A stretch of DNA of 64,000 nucleotides, taken from Octopus vulgaris (taxonomy: Eukaryota). Under the pieces are notes generated by a model that saw nothing but the letters and a program-made list of their open reading frames with translations, did not search any database and had not been told where the DNA came from. Every line of letters starts with the position of its first letter. Position 1 is the stretch's first letter. The translations under genes and the position numbers were made by a program. Below are positions 55,050 through 64,000 of the stretch, piece by piece. The stretch lies in the NCBI GenBank assembly GCA_951406725.2, contig OX597828.1, positions 5,766,001 to 5,830,000 of the forward strand, read 5' to 3'.

Positions 55050-55262
55050 AAGGTGGCGAGCTGGTAGAATTGTTAGCATGCCAGGCAAAATACTTAGATA
55101 GATTTCGTCCAACCTAATTTTCCGTGTTCAAATTCATCTGTGATCGACTTTGCTTTTCATCCTTTCGGGGTCGATAAAATAAGAACCAGAACCAGAACTG
55201 GGGACGACGTAATCGGTTAATACCCATACCAATCTAAAGGTTTTATGACTAATTCAAAACCA
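55050..55262 (+). mobile_element. tRNA-derived SINE with Meta/MESC-like central motif
   Basis: Head GGTGGCGAGCTGGTAGAATTGTTAGC (A-box-like), GTTCAAATTC (B-box-like), then the central motif CTTTTCATCCTTTCGGGGTCGATAAAAT. A decayed minus copy lies at ~59420-59530. Confidence 0.75.
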
Positions 55263-56249
55263 TATATGACCTTAATGAATGAATTGATGCCTATACCAAT
55301 GCGTACATAAAAGCAATTGTCACATCCACAAAAGCGATGAAAAAGGTTGCCTGCATTGAATACTTTCTGCTAACGTTCATTACATTTTATCAGGCCATTA
55401 TACAACAGCTATTAGAAAATATATTTGGAGACACTTTAACGCAGCCAAATTACTCTGCATACGTTTAGGCACCTACTTGTAAATGCTTCAGAAATAAAAC
55501 ACGCTTTTATACATGTAACATTGGATATATATTTCAACTTAGTACATAAGAAGTCTGACATAGTTTTCCATTACATAAATGAGAATAGCATATTAATTAT
55601 TGATAGAACAATAATTCTAAATGCCAATAAACTAATATGGAAATGAGCTAAAAGCATAGGTATGACACTAAAGTAGTTGTATAATAAATACATTATCATA
55701 GCTAAAGAATGTTTCAATCATCTGACTTGCAATTTACATAACAGGAGTGATACTCAGTCATTATTTCTGTAATTATAATGACTGGTCACCTTTGATGATA
55801 GATATAGACACTTTCCAGAAAATAGAAATATAAGCATCTATAAATATGAGTTACCTTTCCTTAGAATATACATATTAACGGTAAAAGATTTATGCTAGCT
55901 TTGAACGCTTTTCTTAAATTTGAACATGTTTCTGTGTCTTTTCCAGAATAGAGCTTATTCTTGGAGAAAAAAAAAACAGTATACCACTTCCTCAGCCTAT
56001 TTGTAATTAAGATACATATTAATAAAGTGGTATCTACTAGAAGGCAATATCAAAATTTTAGACCTTATTTTTCTTCAGCCACTAACTTTGCATTACTACT
56101 ACTCCAACATGATTGCTTAGCATCACATCATTCATCAAAACCTAAATCACACACTTTCTCCTCTCTGAAGTTCAAAGACATGTCAAATTCGCTCTCACAT
56201 ATTTTCTGTATCACATTTTCATTTACTTTATATATATATATATATATAT

Positions 56250-57870
56250 ATTGATAATATAAGGTTAAATAACAATTAATTTTAAAAATTAATAATTATT
56301 ACCAAGTAGTTGTGGTATGGAAATATAACCATTATCATCGGTAGGAACTTTTACAAAAAGTTCTTTATATATATAAATGTAGGGTTAAGCAACGTGTTGC
56401 TTAGCCATATAGCGAAAATTTAGAAATAGCAGTCAAAAACCGCTTATTCCTCTTTACTACAAATATAGCTCCACATATAACATTTACTTGTAACTCACAT
56501 ATGCAAAAAGAAGGAAAAATAACGAAAACAAACAATCATCGGTCAGTTGTGGACGCGTTTCTGGGTTAGAATTATAAGTAACTCATTCGCGTCCTCAGTA
56601 CAACAATTCTATAAATTATAGATTTGCAAATGCTATTTACCTACCTCTTGTATCCCGATCCCGCGCCATCGGAGATAGCAGAAGATAGTCTGCGCAAATC
56701 AAATCCATATGGATGAATGAATTCGTATTTTCCCTCCAAAAGATTTATATATATAATATTTTTGATAAAGAATATACTTTATCAGAAATGAAATTCTCTC
56801 ACAAAGTTAAGATTTGCACTTAGACATGCTCAAGAGGAACTTGAGACAAAAGAAAAAAACATAAAATATGAAGAAACGTAAGACTAGGCAATTTAATCCA
56901 GAAATCCGACACCGATTGCAGATGAAGTATTTACATGATACATTAAAAATATAGAAATACATAGACAATTTTCAAATATCTATAAATAAATAAATATATT
57001 AAAAATATATATGTAAGATAAAAGATTTAAAAAATAATAGATGTAGACATAAATATATTAGCACATCCATGTATACGTAAATATATTGAAGAATGTCTGA
57101 AGTAGCGATGAACGCGAAATAAAAGATACAAGGCGGAAAGAAATTAAAAGTCAGAATAGTTTAAAATAGTTAAAATAAGATAGCGCGGGCCATTTCTAGA
57201 GGTCAATTGTCGGTAAAGATAAGGGGTTAAAGTACTCAATATTTAGTAATCCCTCTTTCTGCAGGGTAACATATTTTACATTTGCAAGTTGACACTAATA
57301 AGTACTAGAGCTTAGGTTTCTTTATAGATAAGAGGTATAGGTGGGGAAAGAATGAGAATTAACTATATTCCAATAAAATATTCATGACAAAGAATAGGAG
57401 TTTGTTTTAAAATGTAGGTGTGGTTATATTGAGCATATATACTTATATGCTAAATATATCCACAAGCTCAACTCTAAAAACAGAAAGTACACACTAGAAT
57501 GGCCCTTTGAATCTGAAACACGCTCATATAACACTAAATTAGGCAAGGGTAAATTATATATAAGAGAAGCGCTCGTAATTATTCGAATGCAGTCTATCAC
57601 TACTTAACAAATTATCGCACGTCGTTTTTCATTGAAACATAAAATTTACACAAACTTATAACACTTTAGTGACTCTGGTTAGAATTGAACTAACATACAT
57701 TTTAAAACAAACTCTTATTCCTTGTCATAAATATTTTATTGGAATATATTTATTTCTCCTTCTTCTCACACCCATGCCTCCTATCTATAAAGAAACCTAA
57801 ACTCTAATATTTGTCATTGTCAACATGCAAATGTAAAAACCTGTTACCGCGAAGAAGGAGGAATTATTAG
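56250..57870 (-). mobile_element. Penelope-like 3' region with hammerhead-bearing terminal repeat and an inverted partial duplication
   Basis: Contains the hammerhead at 56546-56604 and a minus-strand YWNIV...CKCKICYPAERGI (W.I / C.LC..EK..I-like). 57247-57419 is inverted relative to 57693-57866. 56250-56450 resembles 11899-12070. Confidence 0.55.
56546..56604 (-). ncRNA. Type I hammerhead ribozyme motif
   Basis: Minus strand GTTGTA-CTGAGGA-CGCGAA-TGAGTTA..TAACCCA-GAAAC-GC-GTC-CACAAC: stem I 5/6 paired, intact core, palindromic ACGCGT, GUC triplet. Confidence 0.7.
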
Positions 57871-57994
57871 AATAAATTCGTTCAGGTGGGTCACTGTCAT
57901 TACCTCCCTTTCTTTCAGGTTTCTTCTGGCTATTTCAGCAATTTTTTTCTCTCGCCATTTTTGTTCGTCCTCTTTTCTTTTTAACCTTTTAATC

Positions 57995-58030
57995 TTTTCT
58001 GTCGAGGAGCGTAGGTTCGAAACGTAAAAG
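57995..58030 (+). ncRNA. Minimal hammerhead-like motif, core variant CTGTCGA
   Basis: TTTT-CTGTCGA-G-GAGC-GTAG-GTTC-GAAAC-GTA-AAAG; same family as 61643-61678. Confidence 0.45.
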
Positions 58031-58051
58031 TGGTTGTTTTCCTCCACCACT

Positions 58052-58138
<87 letters not shown>

Positions 58139-58157
58139 TATATACATATATATATAC

Positions 58158-58242
<85 letters not shown>

Positions 58243-61200
58243 CATATACATATACATATATATATATATATGTATATCTACATACAAACACACAAATACA
58301 TGCCACGCATGCATTCATTCACATAAGCCCCCACCCATATATATATGTATATGAGGAGAGAGAGAGAGAGAGAGTGATATAAAGAGAGAGAATTTTTCAG
58401 GAAGTAACTTTACAATAGTATTGGAAGGCTGTGAAAATGATTCGCCAAAGGATAACATTTTATGCACAAGATTCCTAATAGGATAAATTATATAGAAGAG
58501 TTCTGACTGAGAAAAGAAATCGTCACGCAAAGCCGCTTCTGTAATAATTTATAGCAACTTTTTTGAATGTATTTAAAATCCTGTCATCAAATCTGACGGC
58601 ATTGATTTGTTTCTCTGTCCGTAAGAAGAAACTGGATTTTGGTTCGGATAGAAGTAGTATGCAACCTCATGATTTCTGAGTCTTATCAGTAACATACAAT
58701 TCTCATACAATAGGTTAAGAGAAATTACCCCATTCTATAGTGCAACTAAATCTTAAACTCGACACTGCCAAGCGAAAGAGAACAGGGTTTATTGAAAATG
58801 AGAAAAAGACAAGGAGCTTGAGAGGTAAAAGTAACCATTTGTACCTGTATATTTTTAAACAATAGTATGCAATTCAGAAAGCAATTCTCAGTTACTACAA
58901 CATACAATTCAAAATGAGATTAATTTTTGCAAATGGTAACATTATTCAGTAATAAAATAAGGTAAGATAGACTTGAAACTACCTTTACATCAAAGATTCA
59001 TCCATTTATTTTATTTCTATCTCCTACGAGATTCTTACGCAGCCAATTAATTCTGAACGTTCCGCAAACAAAATGTATCTTAATGCGTTAGTTTTTTCTA
59101 CACTATATACGTTTGCTCGCGTATTTGAAACAAGCTAATTCATTATCATGATTGACATAAAAATACAACAAATATCAGTGGATCAATAGCTTTATTTTTA
59201 ACATTGACGAACATTTTAAAATTATGAAAATATTCAGGATTTTCACAATGGAATATTGATAACCAGTGTAAGAGGGACCACGTGACACAGCTATAATATG
59301 ATGATAATGAAGATGGAAAGATGAATATTAGTGTTACCTTTTCAAAAATAAATAAATAGATAAATAAATGAATAAATAAATAAAATAAAATAAAGATAAA
59401 AAGCAGCAGCGAATGACAGAAGTGATAGAATTGCTGATAAAATACCTTAGGATATTCATTTTCGTTCGTTAATCTTCTGAGCAAAATCTCCATGGAGTCG
59501 ATTTTACCTTTCAATCGAGCAAGGTTCATTAAAAAAATAAAGAGCCAGAAATGCACTGATATCAGTTCCCTTGACAGTTCTGTCGTATCAATGTGTGTCC
59601 TAGTGCCACTTTAAAGAATCGATAGTAAAAGGAATTAATATTCTACTGTTTAAAATAATTGCATATGATTATGAGCAGTAAGTCATGGACAAACTACTTC
59701 AATGATTCTCTGATGTTCAGTGCGATTTAGTTCTTGTTAAGAAAGATGATATATACAGAGCATTTCGTTAGAAATAGAAATCAAATCAAACTCCTTTATC
59801 CTACAAATAGAAGGACACTTTCGTTAATGCAATTCTGGATACATTATTCATGAATGACGATAAAGAAAGAAAGCCTTTGATCGTAGGTCTGCTGGACCAA
59901 GGCTGGCCTTGGGCAAAGTAACAGTGGCAGACATTAGATACATGGAATATCAAAGTAGACTATGACAAATAATGGATGGCCATAGCTTGGATGCATTAGA
60001 TCATGTATGTTTGTTGGATTAAGAATAATCTTAGGATAAATATCATCAATAGACTTATGAAATCCTGTTCTGATTTATTCTACACGATTGTGACACATTA
60101 CCTCCGATTTATTAGCAAAGTCATATGTGTATGTATGAATTTGCGCGATGAATAGATATGTCTGAAAGAATGGATATAGTCGTTGGATGTGTGCGTGTGT
60201 CGGTTGGTGTGTATCAATGCGTTAATTTCGTGGTGAAGGCTGTGTTGAATATACAGAATCATTTTTTTTTTCCATTTCGATATCAAATATTTCCGTTATT
60301 TCTCAAATCAACCAAAGATCATGAGATTTAGGAATCGTGTGACACGGAAAATGATTTTTAATGATTGCAAATAACGTTAGCCTAGTTGGCAGAAATGCTC
60401 TGGCCTGAAATGTAACGAGAATGATTGTGTTGAAATTCATTGTCAAAGCATGGAGAAGCTCACGTGCCTGATTATGGAAAATCTGATGAGTATGAGGTTA
60501 TTATTATGATAAACAGAATAGTGCCCAGTAAAGGATTGACTAAACAGCACTGTGATACAATTCAATGACACAAAGCCAGTATACATTCGGTAACACAATA
60601 GATAAAAAGGAATAAACTACTGAAAGAATGTTATGCACTGCTGAAGGTATGTTTTAGTGTATGATATTTCTTCTCTTTATAACTAACTACTACATGAAGC
60701 AGCTTGTTATATTTAATTACATGATTACATCTAAAGCAGTTCAAAATGTAGTGTGACAGACAGAAGTGTAGTATAAAAGACTAACTATTAATGCGGTGAA
60801 TTAAATTATAGTGCACCGAGCATTGTTTTTATTCGTCTTTCAACGATCCGGATAGAACCAATGGAGTTTATCATTGCATTTCGTCCATGACATTGGTTTA
60901 AGAACGATAAATTGTAATACGAGTGTTCATGCATTTGATGACTACGTTTCCTTGTGGATTTGTATTTTTATGTCTGTTTTTGAAATCCTTATTAATTCAC
61001 ATCATTCCATCATCCAGATACACTTTAATAACCAGTGAAAATATCTGAATAGCTAGAAACCTCAGAGCAATTAATTCAGTTACATAAACTTGCCTTGAAT
61101 AAAATCAGGAAATTTATTTATCCCTAATCGACTAAATGGTATCATTTTCCTGGAAAATGATCAGGTTTCTGAATTCATTTAATAGCGGCGAATTAGCTAC

Positions 61201-61642
61201 GATAATTTATAATTACACTGACTGTCCAATTTGCTAAATATTTTATAATTTTAGTTCTTTTCAGAAACTTAGCAGTTTTGAAAATAATTTGATATTCACA
61301 TACAAATGGATGCATATATATACATACATACATACATATATACACAACAGCTTCCCTCTCCACACACACACTTCTCAACACTCACACATCTCACCATCAT
61401 CCACATACACGTACAATCTTCAGTAGCGTCACCACACACCACTATACGAGCAACCACACACTCTGTTTAACTCAGTACACACACTGTTCTCACATACACA
61501 CAACAGCTTGCGCACCGCCCCTTTTTTGGGATCACTCTGAATTAACTCCTCTTCATTCAAACTCTCTCTATTGTTATCTTCCTTTCATTGGACCACTGAA
61601 CTCAACACATTTTTTTCTCTCTCTATTTATTTCCTCTTATTC

Positions 61643-61678
61643 CTTTCTGTCAAAGAGCGAAGACTCGAAACGTAAAAG
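61643..61678 (+). ncRNA. Minimal hammerhead-like motif, core variant CTGTCAA, in a PLE-terminal-like repeat (~61520-61750)
   Basis: CTTT-CTGTCAA-A-GAG-CGAAGA-CTC-GAAAC-GTA-AAAG. Upstream FLGSL*IN resembles the PLE ORF end (F.LGTL.P.GLN). Confidence 0.4.
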
Positions 61679-61798
61679 ACTTTTCTATTTTCCCCGCTTG
61701 TTATTCGCTTGTTCCTACAGCTGTCTGCGTCTTTGTTTTTCTATAAAGTTGAACTATACACCGACACACACACAGACAGACATACACACACACACATA

Positions 61799-61881
<83 letters not shown>

Positions 61882-62469
61882 CTATGAAGCGTCGTCATAT
61901 TTTTTACACATTCTGAACCGGAAATTCTTCCGTGATATAAGTGCTAGTATTCTAACGTGCACAATTTTTCCTGAAATTTAACCCTGTTCGAAACGGCCTC
62001 ATCTCTTTCACATCCATGCTTTCACTGTCTCTCTCTTTCTTTACCTTATAACTCATTTTTTCACTTCTTCTAGTCTATCAGCAACCCTGAATATTCTCTC
62101 GCTCATTCATTTTTCCTTCATCCAATACATTATCGACATCATGATGATTATTTCATGTAAAGGGATGGGTTCCGTTACAAAATCAACGTTCATTTTTCAA
62201 TAGATACTGAAATATATTGAAACATATACGTTCTCCATAACCGACTTATTAAACGAAATGACTATATATTTATAATGAATATTTATCGATCGAATATTTG
62301 TTTTATAAACTTCATATATAACACTTTATATAAAACAGACACAAATAAGCTCTTATAGATAAATATTAGATATATATATATATTGCGTACAGGTGTGTTG
62401 ATGCCAGGGTATTTCATGTATTCTCTTTGACGCAAGGATCCAAAAACTTATATAAGAGCATATACATAT

Positions 62470-62802
62470 ACTCTTTACTCCTTTTTCAGTCATGTGACTG
62501 TGGCTAATCCACTCCAAGACTTATTTTTTGTAAGCCTAGTAATTATTCTATCGGTCTCTTTTGCCGAACCGCAATGTTACGGGGACGTAAACACACCAGC
62601 ATCAGTTGTCAAGCGATGTTGGGGGGACAAACACAGACACACAAACATATACACGCACATAAATATATACATACATATATACGACGGGGTCGGCCCGAGG
62701 CTATAGAAGAAGACACTTGACCAACATGACACGCAGTGTGACTGAACCCGGAACCATATGGTTCGTAAGTAAGCTACTTACCACACAGCAACTCCTATGC
62801 CT
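62470..62802 (-). mobile_element. Near full-length tRNA-derived SINE (octopus-type)
   Basis: Minus-strand head GGCATAGGAGTTGCTGTGTGGTAAGTAGC...GGGTTCAGTCAC, an internal (TG/TA)-rich tract, and a body and tail shared with 30220-30330. Confidence 0.85.
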
Positions 62803-62838
<36 letters not shown>

Positions 62839-63908
62839 TCTTATATAATAAGCTATATCTATATATGAAAGAGAGTGAGAAAGAGAGAGAGGTAGAGAGA
62901 TAGAAAAATAGATAGATAAACAAACGCATATACACACATATACAAATACACACATGTACATATATGTTATATCATTCAATTCAGGGCTTTGTGTACTGAC
63001 ATTTTCTGGCACACTTTCGGAATATAGTTGAAAGAAATAGTCTTCGGTAGAAATCGAAATACGTAAGCATTTTGCTTTAGCCAGTATCATATCAATACAT
63101 TTTGTGCAATCGCCCAAAATCCAATTTTTATATATTCGTAGTCTGTCGCTATCGATATGATCAGTATTGTACATGAACCATTTACTCAAAGACGAACGAT
63201 ATGTGTGAGTGTGTGCGAGCGTATGTGTTTATATATATATATAGAAATATATGTACATGTGTGTGTGTGTGTGCATATGTGTCTATTATGTAGTGATACA
63301 GATTTTATATATGCATATATACTTTCATGTGTGTGTAATCATATATATATATACATTATATATATATGTATATATATATGTACACACGCACACACATTAG
63401 CATTAATATGCCATGCAGATAAGAGCAACGCTACAAGAATTATAATAGCTTCTAAGATATTTATGCATAGATTACTGCAAGGAAATTAGCTATAATCTGA
63501 ATGATGTTAATCGCTGCAACTGGAGATAACGCACAAGAAGCCAACATCTTGCAGGCATCAAACAGCAGGATTAACAAAATGAAGCCTACTGCAAGTTTCA
63601 ATAAAGCCATCAGTCATACAGGTTTTTCTATATGCAGCTAGTTGATTATAGTGATTGGATTATACAGCACGCACACAGCTCTTTTTCTTGTCTGTCACTC
63701 TCTTTATGCTTACATTTAGTTCTCTCTCTGGCCATCTTTCCTTTTAGCCGTCTATTCATTTATTTCTGTGGCGAGTATGTATGATTATATGGATGTTCAT
63801 GTGTGTGTGTGTGTATATATATATATATGTTTGTGTGGGTGTGTATGTATTTATGTATGTGTATATATATATCTGTATATATATATGTGTGTGTGGGTAT
63901 TATGTATT

Positions 63909-63968
<60 letters not shown>

Positions 63969-64000
63969 ACACACATATGTACCCAAACTCACACTCATAT

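Overview
AT-rich, microsatellite-dense eukaryotic DNA with no intact protein-coding gene that I can support. The SINE families and repeat landscape resemble coleoid cephalopod (Octopus-like) genomes; this is inferred from recognition, not from a database search. The window is mostly decayed transposons: Penelope-like elements (PLE; RT and GIY-YIG remnants), two RTE-clade LINEs, two R4/Dong-like REL-domain LINEs, three mariners, a DD37D/maT-like element, a pogo/Tigger-like MITE, an internally deleted Helitron and several tRNA-derived SINEs. Three things stand out that the ORF track does not show. (1) About a dozen type I hammerhead-ribozyme-like motifs from several unrelated PLE-terminal-repeat or retrozyme families. 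Five are well formed, including a ~343-nt retrozyme-like unit in tandem plus inverted arrangement at 51.0-51.7 kb. (2) A frameshifted, intronless class A GPCR pseudogene on the minus strand at ~52.1-53.2 kb. (3) Several long foldback inverted repeats, one with perfect 80-bp arms. All motif and pairing calls were made by eye, and boundaries of decayed elements are approximate.
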